A stretch of DNA of 63,372 nt, counting the filler, from Craspedostauros australis (taxonomy: Eukaryota): assembly GCA_030167865.1 (NCBI GenBank). It is 11 parts of 11 records of this genome, joined end to end, with 100 filler letters (N's around TTAATTAATTAA, not from the genome) between each part and the next. Parts side by side here need not be neighbours in the genome. Positions count along the whole stretch, not along the records: positions 1 to 29,264 come from JALAGF010001386.1; positions 29,365 to 30,894 come from JALAGF010001397.1; positions 30,995 to 32,161 come from JALAGF010001398.1; positions 32,262 to 33,414 come from JALAGF010001399.1; 7 more parts are not named here. One strand, written 5' to 3'. The position numbers and the translations under genes are program-made. Positions 21,018 to 33,414 of the stretch are shown here, one piece after another. The notes under the pieces are model-generated. The model was not told where the DNA came from. It saw only the letters and a list, made by a program, of their open reading frames with translations, and ran no database searches. Numbering within the stretch: position 1 is the first letter of the stretch; each line of letters starts with the position of its first letter.

Positions 21018-23966
21018 TTACTCGACGTGAGGCATAAAAATCCGTTCCATCGAACTCACGACGATGTCTTCATGATCATCGAAGCCAGCTGTCTTGGTGT
21101 TATCCTCCATGTACTTGTCCCTGTCTGTCATGTACGGCTTCGTGTTTGTCAAAGATCTGCCTGCGACGAAGCCTTGCAAAGCACCCATGCCCGCCCCCGT
21201 CCACAGCCCGTTGCGCGCGCAAAAGAACAGCCACTGTCTCCAGACAACATCAGCCAGCATGGTGCTGGGATTGCCGACGACGACGAACGCCTCCTCGGCG
21301 CGCGTCATGGCGACGTTGGCCCGTTTGGGTTGCCGGAAGACGCCGATGCGCTTCCAGACATCGTTGGAAATGAAATCCGTGCTGCAACGCGTCAAGCTGA
21401 GGACGATGACAGAGTACTCCACCGCTTGGTAATCCTCGATGGTGCCGACGTTGAGGGCGTTGTACCCCAGCTTTCGCAGCATGCGGCGGATGAGCACGAC
21501 CTGACCACGGAACGGCGCCATGACACCGATCTTGGCCGTGGAGATGCCGGATTGCACGAAGCTCGTGACGATCTTGCAGACACTGTCGGCCTCATCTTCG
21601 TTGCACCACGAGTCTTCGCCGCAGAAGGTCTCGACGGTGATGGACACGTCCTTGCCTACCGTGCCGTGAAAGTGGATGGGCCAAGAACGAGGTTCATGAC
21701 ATCGCAGCATAGGGATGTTGAGCGCGCTGGCATCCAGAATGGGAACATTCCCGAGTCCGAATGTCCTGTGCCGGAACAGCGTCTTGATTGATGCCCGCAG
21801 CTTGAGAGTCTCCGGCGTTGCGTTAGACGCCTGCTCGAACTCATCGAATCCCTTTGCGCTCTGCAGCCGGTCGAAATAGAACAACGCCGATATCATCATG
21901 AGGAAGGCGGGATGGCCTCTGTAATTCATCGACATGAAGGTCGCCAAGGGATACTGGTGCAAGGCCTGGGACACGAAGTCCTCGACGCTGTTGAGTTGCG
22001 GACCCAGCATGTCGGTGCCTTCCGTGAGATCCCCGCTGTAGATGGGCAGCTGCAGGAGACGCTCCATCCAGGGCGTTTGCAGCCCTGCCACGGCCGCGGA
22101 ATGAGAATACACCTTGGGACTGAGCTGTCGCGGATCGCCGATGAGAACGATCTCGGCAGCGCGCACGGCCTTGGGATCGACGACGACGCTGAGCGGGATG
22201 CTGGATTCGGCCTCCGTGGCCTGCGAGGCCTCGTCGAAGTAGAGATGTGTGAAGTGCGGTTGATCCACGCCACGCAGGCGTCCATTCGATGGCAGGGCGA
22301 GGTTGGATCGATCCATTTGGTCGTCGAACCAGGTATGGAAGCACTGGCGGCGTTCGCGGAGCTCGTAGTTGGTGACGCCCGCGTCGTAGAGCATGTGGGC
22401 ATCGTGGCAGGTGCACACGACGATGGAGAATCGCAACAGATCCCGTGACGATGGCATGGAGAAGGCGCCGATGGTATCATCCTGACAGCAGTACTGGATG
22501 ATGGCGGACGGAATCGTGGAGATGGGACGCGAGCAGTCCAACAGGCGGAAGAGCTGCGACTGGTCCAGCCCCAGCTGCTCGCCGAGCCTCTGCGTGATGA
22601 CGTTGCATGCAGTGTGGCTAGGGGTGCAGACCAAGATGCGAACTCCAGGAAGCTTGATGCATTCCGCGATACTGGCCAGCAGGGCCTTGGTCTTGCCCGT
22701 TCCGGCCGGTCCGGTGAGGATGACGGGAGGGCGCATCGTGGCAGAGGGGTTTCTCGTTCTTGCCACCGTGGTATCGACGAGCTGCTGCTGGAACCTGTTG
22801 AGTCTGGGCGCTGCATCCACCGTGGTGGCTGTCCCTTTGGATGCTGTCATGTGCACTGCGGTGAAGGCTGGCTGAAGCGTGTTGCTGGGAAGTAGCGGTT
22901 CTTGGCTTGGCAGCAGCAGCGCCTCGCAGCACGAGGGCGGCAGCGAGCTCAACCACTGCAGCGCGGTGATGCAGCTGGAGTGCCTCTGCGTGCTGGGAAC
23001 GAAGCGCACGTTGTACCTGGCACTGGGATAGGAGATCTGCATGCCCCCGGCGAACGGCGGCAGGAACCACGTGATGGCCACCTTGTCGTCTTGGCCGTTG
23101 CGGCTGCGAACCACGGCGACGATCTGCGACCGGATCTCCACCGTGGTGCCGAAGTTCTGAAATAGCTCGTTGCTGACCATGAAGCTGGGCAGCGAGATGG
23201 GTGTCATGGGCCGCAGCAGGCAGATGTCGCCGATGCGCAGCTCGGGACGCGCGTCGGCAATGCCTGGGATGGAGATGGTGGCAAGGCAGCTGCTGGGACC
23301 GATGGCGCCATCGGTGGGAGAGCGGGGGTACGTGTTCCAGCTGACATGCACGAGATGGTTGTACACGGAATAGCGCTCGAAGAGGATCATGTTCTCCGAC
23401 CGCTCGTTGTCCAGCCACATCCTCATGGCGCGGAAGTAGGTGGCCACGAACTCGTCCGTGCAAGCCTGAAAGCCATCCTCCACGGCCGGAAGCGGATTCA
23501 TGACCTGGTTGCGACACAGCGTCTTGCTGTACGTCTGCACGGCGAAGTACATGTCGGGCGGACATCGGTACAGCGGCCGCAGCAGGGGATGCTGCGCCGC
23601 TGCGTTGAGCTGACCGGGCTCCGAACCAGGCGACTTGCAGATGCACGGGTGATACGGGATCACCGTCTCCCGCGTGCGCTGCAACATGGGATCCATGTTG
23701 GGCATGCCGCGCGTCGGCAGCACTCGCGCCACCTTGTGCAGGTTGATCGCGCGGTACGACATGGGGACGTAGGAATCGGCCAGGATGCTCTTGGATTCCA
23801 TGGCGGGGCGCTCATGGCTGTTCATGGCAGCAGGCTGCTGACGATGGGCGCCGCGCGATCCGTTCTTGCTGGATCGGGGGTTGGATTGCGGTTGTTGCGG
23901 CGCAGCGTGGGGATGTGCGTGCTGCATCATTGCTCTACTGCGGTATGACATCAACGGCAACCTCAC
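21018..23966 (-). CDS. SF1 RNA helicase, SDE3/MOV10/Armitage-like
   Basis: IPGIADARPELRIGD (MOV10-type motif), GPAGTGKT (Walker A), ILVCTPSHTA, FTHLYFDEASQ, IGDPRQL, NYRGHP, GVMAPFRGQV and NVAMTRA. Confidence 0.88.
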   Translation of the reverse strand: MRLPLMSYRSRAMMQHAHPHAAPQQPQSNPRSSKNGSRGAHRQQPAAMNSHERPAMESKSILADSYVPMSYRAINLHKVARVLPTRGMPNMDPMLQRTRETVIPYHPCICKSPGSEPGQLNAAAQHPLLRPLYRCPPDMYFAVQTYSKTLCRNQVMNPLPAVEDGFQACTDEFVATYFRAMRMWLDNERSENMILFERYSVYNHLVHVSWNTYPRSPTDGAIGPSSCLATISIPGIADARPELRIGDICLLRPMTPISLPSFMVSNELFQNFGTTVEIRSQIVAVVRSRNGQDDKVAITWFLPPFAGGMQISYPSARYNVRFVPSTQRHSSCITALQWLSSLPPSCCEALLLPSQEPLLPSNTLQPAFTAVHMTASKGTATTVDAAPRLNRFQQQLVDTTVARTRNPSATMRPPVILTGPAGTGKTKALLASIAECIKLPGVRILVCTPSHTACNVITQRLGEQLGLDQSQLFRLLDCSRPISTIPSAIIQYCCQDDTIGAFSMPSSRDLLRFSIVVCTCHDAHMLYDAGVTNYELRERRQCFHTWFDDQMDRSNLALPSNGRLRGVDQPHFTHLYFDEASQATEAESSIPLSVVVDPKAVRAAEIVLIGDPRQLSPKVYSHSAAVAGLQTPWMERLLQLPIYSGDLTEGTDMLGPQLNSVEDFVSQALHQYPLATFMSMNYRGHPAFLMMISALFYFDRLQSAKGFDEFEQASNATPETLKLRASIKTLFRHRTFGLGNVPILDASALNIPMLRCHEPRSWPIHFHGTVGKDVSITVETFCGEDSWCNEDEADSVCKIVTSFVQSGISTAKIGVMAPFRGQVVLIRRMLRKLGYNALNVGTIEDYQAVEYSVIVLSLTRCSTDFISNDVWKRIGVFRQPKRANVAMTRAEEAFVVVGNPSTMLADVVWRQWLFFCARNGLWTGAGMGALQGFVAGRSLTNTKPYMTDRDKYMEDNTKTAGFDDHEDIVVSSMERIFMPHVE

Positions 23967-24755
23967 GCTGGGCTAAACTGAGGCAGAGTATTGAAATAGC
24001 GTGGAGCATAGAGCATAGAGTATGCAGTATGCAGTATGGAGTATGCAGTATGGCGGTGCACCACGATTATGATCGCATGGTTGCGTGGACAGTGGTGCTT
24101 TTCTTTGCTTTCTTGGTGGGAAACTGCTTTGGTTGGGTTTCGTGGTGATCTTGCCCGCTTCTCTCCCTCGCTGCACTCTTGCACCAATTGATCGCACTCA
24201 CACGATGGAACTGGGAGAGCACGGCAACACGCAGAGACAAGGGGAAATCGAACTGTCGTTGGGCTGGCGGCAAATTCCAATCGTGTATCTTGGGTTCTCA
24301 TGTACCACACGCAACAAGAGAAACGTGGAACGCAAAATGGGGCATTTGTCTGTTTTCCTCACTGACGATGGTACTGGATGAATGCGAGTAGTAGTCGAAG
24401 GCTGTACTGACCATTTCACATTGCATGAACTCGCGCCATGTTGCACTGCGTGTGAGTGCTGGTGTGATGCTACTACTATATAATATAATAGAATATTATA
24501 TACGCAAATTTAACAGTTACTATCGTATGGGGTCGAGCAGTTGATTGCGAGAACCAAAGAGCCATCCTGCCGCGAACACATTCATTCCTGGACGGTTTGT
24601 CCATTTCGTTTTCATCCATCGTCTGCTTGGTATCGTATGTGTCTGCGTCTGTGGAAAACATCACTGTGGCGGCCTTGATTGACTGATTGATTGGTTGGAC
24701 ACTAATGTTGAGGGGGAGTCCTACACGTATCATCAAAGCCAAAGAGGATACGGAT

Positions 24756-27700
24756 TTAGGCGTCGGCGTCGGTGTTTCCGCCAGCTGTGGCGTTAGGATC
24801 GAAGCATGCCTGGCAGCAGCTGCATCCCATCAGACAGTCAGCGCGGATGAACGGGTTGTTGGCGCACATCTCGGTTGGGACGCCGCCGGTGAGCTGGGTG
24901 CCAAAGAGGTTCACGGTAGTCAGTGTTGGGATGCTGGCGAGCTCGACTGGGATGGCGCCCCGGGTCTCGGTGAACTGCACGCTGAACGTCTGCAGCTTCG
25001 TCAGCATTCCGAGTTCCGCGGGGAGCTCACCGGACAGGGGCGTCGAGTGGATCTCGAGGTCGGTGAGGCCCGTCATCAGACCGATGGACGGTGGGATTGG
25101 TCCGGAGAAGCCCACGTTGTTGTCGCTGGCGTAGTTGGTGTGAAGGCGGAGGACGACCAAGTTGGCGAGGTTGCCGATGTCTTCTGGGATGGTGTCGGTG
25201 AAGAAGTTGTTGGACAGATCAAGAAGAACGAGGCCGATGAGGTCGGTGAAGTTCTCTGGGAGACCACCGACGAACTGGTTGTTGGACAGATCGAGCATCT
25301 GGAGGTTCACCATGTTGCTCAAGGAATCAGGGATGGCACCAGTGATGCCGTTGGTTCTGAGGGAGAACTCGCCTGTGGCCATTGGATGCAACACGATGCA
25401 TGGGATTCATTCGAGGGAGAGCGAATAGTGTCAAGAAAGACAAAATAGGGAGCACAAAGTTAGTGCATGCGATAGTCATCGACAATGGAACAGAGTGCAA
25501 GTCATCTTTCAATCGTTCGTAAACCAAAGAGGAGACAGGTCCCGAGATTACGCCATTGCACTCTGCCATGCATTCCATCATGCATTCTATCATGATGCTG
25601 CGCTGCATCATACGCTACAGGTATCACTTACGGACGTTGACCAAATTTCCAATGCTCTCTGGGATGTTGCCGGTCAAGTCGTTTTCGCTCATATCGATCA
25701 CTTCCAGCAGTGTCATGGCGGTGATGGACTCTGGAATCGCCCCTTCGAGATTGTTGTTCTGGAGGGAGAGAACGACGAGGTTGGTGAGGTCACCCAAGGA
25801 CAGCGGCAGAACGCCTTCAAGGTTGTTGTCGTGCAGCACCAGACGCTCGAGGGTATCGACGAGGGTGATCTCGAATGGGATCGGTCCATTGAAGTTGTTG
25901 TCGTGGAGGATGAGGTCCTCGAGAGGGCCGTTGGCGATGCCGGCTGGGATCGCGCCCTCGAGGAAGTTGGCAGACAGATCGAGGATTCTCATCGAGTCGA
26001 GGTTGCCCATGCCATCTGGGAGCTCGCCAGCGAGGCTGCACTGCTGCAACTCGAGGTGGGTGAGTCCCGTCATGAGGGTGACGTAGGCTGGGAAATCCTG
26101 GGGGTCGAAGTTGTTGAATCCGAGTCTGAATCTCTGCATGTTGGTGGCCGCGCTGAAGTCTGGGATGGTGCCGGTGAAGCCATTGCCGTCCAGGTCAAGG
26201 CGGAAGAGCTGGTCGAGATCGGACATGCTGGCTGGCAAAGGTCCGTCCATTTGGTTTCTGGCCAATTGAAGGACTTGAAGGATGGCAAGGGTGGAGATGG
26301 TGCTTGGCATCTGTGAGTCGGAGAAGGTAACGGGGCATTGTGTGGATGGGTGCGTGGACATTGAGTAGAGAAGCGAGTGAGTGAGTGAGTGACCAGAAGC
26401 AATAGCTCAAGCGCAAACTATGACATGAATATTGAATATTGAATACACGAGACTCTGAAGACGTACCTCGCCGACGATGGCGTTGTCGTTGAGGTCGAGG
26501 ACGGCCAATCTCTCCATGTCGCCGATTTCATCAGGGAGGTTGCCTGTGATCTCGTTGTTGTCCAACCAAAGCACGAGCAAGTTGGTGAGCAATCCGAGCT
26601 CGGCTGGGAGGCTGCCTCCGATCTTGTTGTGGCCCATGGTCATGCGCTCTGCGGTATGAAAGTCGGTGCGTGAGATGGGGTGGTGAAAAAGAAAAAGAAA
26701 GAGATAACGGTGAGGTGGATGCTTCACATATTGACCGTGATGAGAGGCATGAACGCAAGATCGTGTGGATTGAGCATCCGACGCGTTGAACGTCACCACC
26801 TACGAGCAAGAGCAGCAGTTCACGTACCCAAAGCAACGAGGTCACCAACGGCAGCCGGGATTGGACCCACAAGGTCGTTGAAGTCCAAGACCAGGCTCTC
26901 CAGAGTGACGAGTGTGAAGAGCGAGTCTGGGAAGGCGCCTTCCAGGCTGTTGTCGGTGAGATCGAGGACGCGGATGGCCTTGAGTCCGGAGAAGTCTAGG
27001 GTGCTGAAGTCGCCAGTGATGAGATTCTCGTTGAGGTAGAGCTGCTCGAGGAATTCGAGCTGCAGGAGACCGGCGGGGATGGATCCGCTGATCTGGTTGT
27101 CGCCGAGGCTGACGCGCGTGAGGAAAGGGATCATGCCGAGGGCGTCTGGCAGAATGCCGTTGACGTTGTTGTCGTCCATGTCGATCTCGACGACGACGTT
27201 GAGGGTGGAGTTGGCGTCCGCCTGCAGTCGGCGGCGCATGCGGGCATCGGTGGCGCTGACGCAGCCGACGCCGACCCAGGCGCACTCATCCTCCTCGACG
27301 AGCCATCCAGTCTGATCGGCCCATTGGAACTGCGAGTGGAACCAGAAGGCGAGGAGCCCGAAGCGCTGTTGCAGGCGGATTCTGCTGTCGGCGGTGTCCG
27401 GCTCGAGCTGCAGCGGATCCTCCTGGGCCACCCACTTGAGGGCCAGGGTTTCCGGAGACTGCGGATCGGCGAAGGTGGCCTCTCCCGTCGGTGCCATCTC
27501 CTCCATGAAGGTCTGGAGCCTGGCGAGGCGCTCGGCGGCCTCGTCGGTGTCGGGGTCCCCGATGTCCGGGATGTCCTTGGGTGGATTGGTGGGCTCGTCC
27601 TCGGGTTCCTCGTCGACTGGGTCCGGTCGCACATCCGGATCTTCGATGGCGGAACCCGGGACATCCGCGGCGGCTCGCGAGGTGCTGGTGTTGTCTCCGA

Positions 27701-28088
27701 AGGCGTTGGTGCCGAAGCCCACGCCCAGGATGATGGCCACGACGCAGAGAAGGAGGACGCCCATGATCAGAGCGCGGCCGTTGCCTCTGCGCGGCTCGTC
27801 GTCGCTAATGTCGTCCTCGTTCTCGTCATCGCCATCGCCGTCTTCGTTCTCCTGGCTGAAGTCGTCTCCCATTCCGCGGTTGTTGACGGCCATGCTGGGC
27901 ATCACCTCCACGCTGCCGCTGTCGTCGACGTCCATCTCGACGCTGAGATCATCCTTGTTGCCTTTGGCGTTGTCGAACTCGGCCATTCCCTGGAACACCT
28001 TCAGCTGCTCCTCGTACGGAGGGATGCTGGGTGGTGGTGGTGGGAGTTCCACCGACGAATCGTCGCTCCCGTACTCGTAGTTGGCCAT
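24756..28088 (-). CDS. Type II membrane LRR receptor-like protein, 4 exons (28088-26828, 26648-26467, 26310-25632, 25372-24756)
   Basis: Acidic N-terminus, one TM (LIMGVLLLCVVAIILGVGFG), LRRNT-like W...ECAWVGVGC, many plant-type 24-aa LRRs and a Cys-rich end ADCLMGCSCCQAC. Three GT-AG introns keep the frame (phases 1, 0, 1). Confidence 0.88.
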
Positions 28089-28140
28089 GGTCGTCTTCTG
28101 TTGGTGCGAGCCTGTTCTGTTGCTCTCTCTCTCTCTCTCT

Positions 28141-28170
28141 ATTGGTATTGGTATTGGTATTGGTATTGGT
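28141..28170. repeat. (ATTGGT)5 microsatellite preceded by (CT)n, in the 5' leader of the LRR gene
   Basis: Direct reading. Confidence 0.9.
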
Positions 28171-29264
28171 AGAGGCGTGGGATGTGCTGTCGTTGTTCTG
28201 GATTGTGCACAAACACTGTTGTCCCTCTCTGCCCGCTTTCTTGCTTGCTTGACTTTCTTGCTTGACTTTCTTGCTTGCCTGTTTGTGTTCTTGCTTGCTC
28301 CAGCGCTTCGATCTGGTCAGCAACCTGCAACCTGCCTCACGCTTGTTTGTGTGAACGCCCGCAAGGAAATTGGTGATCCCCAAAGAGAAGCACCAACCAT
28401 GTTGATTCCACTCACATCACTGTGCGCGTCGTTCCCGTTCCCTCCAACAGCAATACCAACAGCAAACCACCTACGTTGAGTTCACTGCCAAAATTTTGTG
28501 ATGATGAATAAGAATGAATAATTCGAAATGCTCTGTGACACGGTGTGCGTGTCGTTAATGGTTATCCAGACGTTATTGTTGCCGAATTTCGTCATGTGTG
28601 TTCAGCAATGTTTCTCAACATAACGCATCCCTCCAATGCTCGCGCACTCCACCTGGCGAAACCGATCTTCCGAACGCAGCAATCGTGCAACGTCGGAGTA
28701 CCATTGGAATGCGAATGAGAAGATTCGCAACACCAATCTTGCATGGGTGCCTGACGCAAAGGCGGAAGCGCGGGACGGTGCACTTCGAGGAATGGGGTTC
28801 GCGTGTGTCGGCAACGCTCTCCTCTGCCCTGTCGATAGCAACTCAGATGACGATAGTTGCAGGTGCAAATAGTGTTCGCAAGAGTATTACCCACCAATGG
28901 AGCAGCAAACGAGCTGCTCCACAATCTACACAAGACACAGATGACGGAGGGTTGACACCATTGGAGGCCGCATCGGAGGAAGCAATCATGTGCGGAAACC
29001 ATTGCGCCAAAGCTGTGAATAACATTGTGAATCATCATCATGCGGTCATGCTCCATGCCGACAAACGTCGGAGTAGAAACATGAAGGAACAGCAACCCGG
29101 CATCTTCCCGTCCAGGCCCCTGTGCGATGTGGGAGGGGTGTTGATGACGAGGTGATGGATGGTTCTGTCTTCCCAGCATTGCATGTGAGAGTACCGTACA
29201 ACCTCGGCCAACCGAATCAGGATATCTTTGAGAGCCATCTGTTGTACAATACATACAACTGTAC

Positions 29265-29364
29265 NNNNNNNNNNNNNNNNNNNNNNNNNNNNNNNNNNNN
29301 NNNNNNNNTTAATTAATTAANNNNNNNNNNNNNNNNNNNNNNNNNNNNNNNNNNNNNNNNNNNN
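29265..29364. other. Artificial contig-join linker N44-TTAATTAATTAA-N44
   Basis: The same 100-bp structure recurs at about 30895, 32162, 33415, 47937, 49324, 52908, 56169, 60073 and 61866. TTAATTAATTAA gives stops in all six frames. Confidence 0.97.
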
Positions 29365-29567
29365 CATTGGAGCGATCTTCATTGCCAAGAACCCATCAAC
29401 ATCCCAACGATCGCGGCACATCGACGTGCGCCATCACTACGTGAGGAACATTGTAATCAACAAACCATCGAAATCATTTTTGTTAAATCCGAGCAGAACA
29501 CAAGCGACGGATTCACCAAGAACATCAAGGCCGACTTGCAACGTGAACACGAGAAGTCGTACCTTGA
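29365..29567 (+). mobile_element. Ty1/copia RNase H C-terminus (family A), frameshifted
   Basis: IGAIFIAKNPSTSQRSRHIDVRHHYVR, then after a 1-nt frameshift near 29463, TIEIIFVKSEQNTSDGFTK. Confidence 0.88.
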
Positions 29568-29609
29568 NNNNNNNNNNNNNNNNNNNNNNNNNAATGCACA
29601 CAGGAAGGG

Positions 29610-30401
29610 TGTCGAGATGTACATGTGAGTATATGTCAAGATGTACGTGTATATGTGCATCGTTCACCCGCTATTCTCTCATACACACTTGGACGGTATA
29701 ACTATACTCGTGTCGATAATATGCTGTGATTCGTCAGAATTACAGGGGAAATGGAACACACGAAAAGGGGCAAGATTTCTGAAGGAAATTTGCAAATGAC
29801 GATTTCTGAGAAAATCGGAAGATCGTCCGTCCATCCATCAATGGTACCAAGAGAATCTCAAGGCACTTCCCAACTAAACCTCAGATGACGATATCATCTG
29901 AGAGACCATCGCATCACCAATGGAACGTNNCATCTGGAGAGCAGAAGGACGCCTACTGACGTCGACAGGATGTCAACATGTCACCACGTCGACAGCTGTC
30001 TCCAAGTCAGAGCAGGAGGCGAAGATCCGATGACCGAAGGGCATCAGCATCATGGATACTGAAGGTGAACTTCAAATGGTAAGTACTCATGGAGTAGAAG
30101 CCAGTACTGAATGAACAGAGTGTCGAATGCGGAGCACGCATTGAACACGGAGTATCGTGTAGCATGAGTACACGATGTTGAGAGAGAGAGAATACAGAGA
30201 GGAGCGAGAGAGGATCTCGCGTACCGACTCATAGTCAGAGACTGAATCTACGAAACAGATTGAAGCGCCGAGAGCATCAGGCAAGAGAACGAACGGACAC
30301 CAAGAGTATCGGAGTGCCAAGTAGTGAAATAGCAAACAGACGACTATCAACCAACACCATCTTCCACGTTCGTAGGTTACCGTGAGCGGAACTTGCCAAC
30401 A
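29610..30401 (+). mobile_element. 3' LTR of copia family A (TG...CA), preceded by PPT AGGAAGGG (29602-29609)
   Basis: Follows RNase H and a polypurine tract. Alignable along its whole length with 51073-51855; similarity ends at ...gaacttgccaaca. Confidence 0.88.
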
Positions 30402-30994
30402 GCTGTCTACGCTTGCATGGTAGGGATCTGCAGCCCTGAGCACTTGCCTGCCTCATGTTTCCTTCGTTGATCCTCATGACACCATCGTCTCATGATCGAT
30501 GTCACCTTTGGTGATGTTCCAAACCTGCGGATATTCTGATCCTTTCTGATGTTCCAAACCTGCGGATGTTCTTGTCCGCAGGAGAGGCACGTGCTGTCCT
30601 CTGAAGAAGGTGCGTCACTTGTCCATGGACATGCTGTTCTGATCGACGTCGTCGTCTGGATGGTTGCCATGGTTGGCGTGGTATTGGGACCTCCTGATCC
30701 GCCGTGGGTGTCTTCCTTTCATTACCAGAGGACAGGCTATCCTCCTTGCGGTTATACAGGCATCAATCGCGTCCGTATGCTTAGTCATAGTCATAATGAC
30801 ATGGTATACAAAGGTGTGACGAATAGTCTCTTAACATGTGATGAATAATATTCAAAGCTGTGACGAACAATGTTGGGAGGTGCGGCAATTACGGNNNNNN
30901 NNNNNNNNNNNNNNNNNNNNNNNNNNNNNNNNNNNNNNTTAATTAATTAANNNNNNNNNNNNNNNNNNNNNNNNNNNNNNNNNNNNNNNNNNNN

Positions 30995-32161
30995 CGCTTC
31001 TTCGCTTTGAGTGTTCTCCTTGGATGCCATGATCCGCAGTTCATGCATCTCGTTCAGGTGCTCTTCACATTCCTCGTCATCCAAGAAGCCATTGTTCTCC
31101 AGGTATCTCTCCGCTCGACCGTCAGGAGCTGCCAGGAAGCATTTGAGGTATGTGATGTCCACCTTGATCCTCTGCTCCCAATCAAGCAAGAAAGGCCCGG
31201 CCATCAGCTCTTCATGAAGCACATGAGCACTCCTCCTCGTGTCTGGGTTCCTGCAAGCAATCGCAGCATCGCACACAATCTGCGCCACTTGTTTCGACAT
31301 GGACGGTACCTTGGTTGCTGGAGATGCTGATGGGTCCTTCTTTCGTGAGTTGGCTTTGTCTGGGTGACAGATCGCCCATCCCTGCCTGATGGATTGAGGG
31401 AAGTCCACTGTGGCATTTCCTTCACAATTTGCCGTTTCTGCTGCTGCCGCTGCTGGTTCCAGAACACGCGAAGTGAGAATGCGCTTGAACATGTCGGTCT
31501 TGTTGGTGCTCTTGTTTGTTGTTGATGTGTGTCGTCGTTCAGTCGGTTGTGAGCCGCGGATATTCTGTGGATCCATCACAAATGCCGGTGAGACCTCGGT
31601 GATGTCCTCATCATTGCAAGTGACATCGAGATGGAGAATGTCAAACTTGTCGATCTTGCCCTGAGTGATAGTCTCTGGATGTGTCAAGCCTGAGGATGCT
31701 GTGACCTGGATTTTGTCATCGATCAGATCAATTTGATGGGTGGCGCGAACGGAAACTCGGTTGGTCGCGAATGCTTTTTCCTTTCCGTCCACACCACAGA
31801 TGATGGCATGTCCCAATCTGCTCAGATCCAACAGAAGTGTTGTTGTCCCCTTGATGTTGGCAGCTTTCAGCACTGTGAAAATATCGCCTTCGGTGGCAAT
31901 CTTTGCGTCCCTGGCACTGTCCACATACAACCTGAGTTGACGTGAGACAAAACCGAAGTGTCCGTCCAAAGCACTCTTGCCAGCTTGTGCCTCAGTGTAC
32001 AGCCATTGGATGATTTGGAGTCGTGGTTTGGGAGGGCGGGTTCCGGTGTCTTGCTGTGCTTTGGCCTTCGTGGATGATGCAGCCTTCACGTCATGATAAG
32101 ATGACTGTTCGGTGTTGATTTGGGGGGCAGGCGGAGATTTAGCCTTGTCCTTGTGCTTGCC
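30995..32161 (-). mobile_element. Fragment of a probable DNA-transposon transposase (Sola3-like)
   Basis: WLYTEAQAGKSALDGHFG resembles the E-x-Q-x-G-K-x-x-x-D motif I associate with Sola3-type DDD transposases. It sits on an isolated short contig truncated on both sides. Confidence 0.4.
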
Positions 32162-32261
32162 NNNNNNNNNNNNNNNNNNNNNNNNNNNNNNNNNNNNNNN
32201 NNNNNTTAATTAATTAANNNNNNNNNNNNNNNNNNNNNNNNNNNNNNNNNNNNNNNNNNNN

Positions 32262-33414
32262 GGGTCGATACCAACATCTTGAACCATTGCCTGGCGCTCT
32301 GCACAAGTCCATAGATTGGCTTGTGTAGGGTCAGGGCTTCGTCTGCTTGATGATCCATCCCGTTGGGACAATTCATGTAGATCTCCTCGTCGAGGTCTCC
32401 GTGTAGGAATGCTGTTACGACATCGACGAGTGCGCAGTCCATCTTCTTGATCAGCATGATCACCATCATGACCCGATAGGTCACGTCATGGATGACGGGT
32501 GAGTAATGCTCTTGGAAGTCTACTCCTGCGACTTGTGAATAGCCACATGCAACGAGCCGTGCTCGATGTGTGCCGTCACGCTTTAGCTTGAAGACCCATT
32601 TGCACTTGCAGTATCTGCGGCCGCGTGGGATGGCGTCTTGTTTGATCTTGCTGTACACCTTGCGTGTATCCATGGAGTCGAACTCCTTCTTGATGGCTGC
32701 TCGATATCCCTTCCGATGGATAGGATCTGGGTGATTGAAGGCTCCGTCGAACGTTGTAGGTTCGATGTGCTTCTCTTGTTCCTTGTTCTCGTCCTGCATC
32801 GATAATCCGATGTCGATCGCTGGTGTCTCGGTAATGATTGCGTTCATCCCGTATACTCCTGTTGTACTATGGTGAGTGATCTCGATTTCTCCTTCATCCA
32901 TGACTTCTTCATCATCTGTAGTTTTGTTGTTGGAATCATCGATCGTCTCGTCGCTGAGTTCGTCACTCGCTTCATTGGATGATGGATCGCTCTCATAGCC
33001 TTCTTCCTTTCGACCTCGTTCGTTGAAGTCTGCGAGCTCACGTAGAGCTCTGGGAATACTCTTCCCTGCAGTTGACTTGGGATTAGCTTCTCCCTTCCTG
33101 CCTCGTGCTTTGTGACGTCGGATCCTCTCCTTTCTAGCTATGTCACGCTTGCTTGGTTTGCTCGGTGGAGGTCTGGATGGTGTGTCATGTGTAGACCTCG
33201 CTGGTGTATTCGGAGGGCTGACATCTGTCTCATCATCGGCTTCGTCGCCGGAGGGTAGGATTTCGTCATCCTCATGATTGGATTCGCTCCGATCTTCCTC
33301 GTCATTCTGGATTAGTTGAGTCACTACTCTGTCGTCCTCATTATCCTCATCATCGCTGTCTGATAGGATGTAGTACCTGTTGCTGTCAGCGAAAGATACT
33401 CTCTTCGCTTCCGA
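32262..33414 (-). mobile_element. Ty1/copia pol fragment (integrase-RT linker and N-terminal RT)
   Basis: EPTTFDGA, KCKWVFKLKRDGTHRARLVACGYSQVAGVDF, DVVTAFLHGDLDEEIYM and IYGLVQSARQWF (RVT_2). Confidence 0.93.

Noticed and set aside
28497..30866. Similar tgtgatga..ataa..ttc.aa.gct.tgtgac strings at about 28497 and 30837 as element termini
   Set aside because: Short, gapped and AT-rich, and on different contigs.
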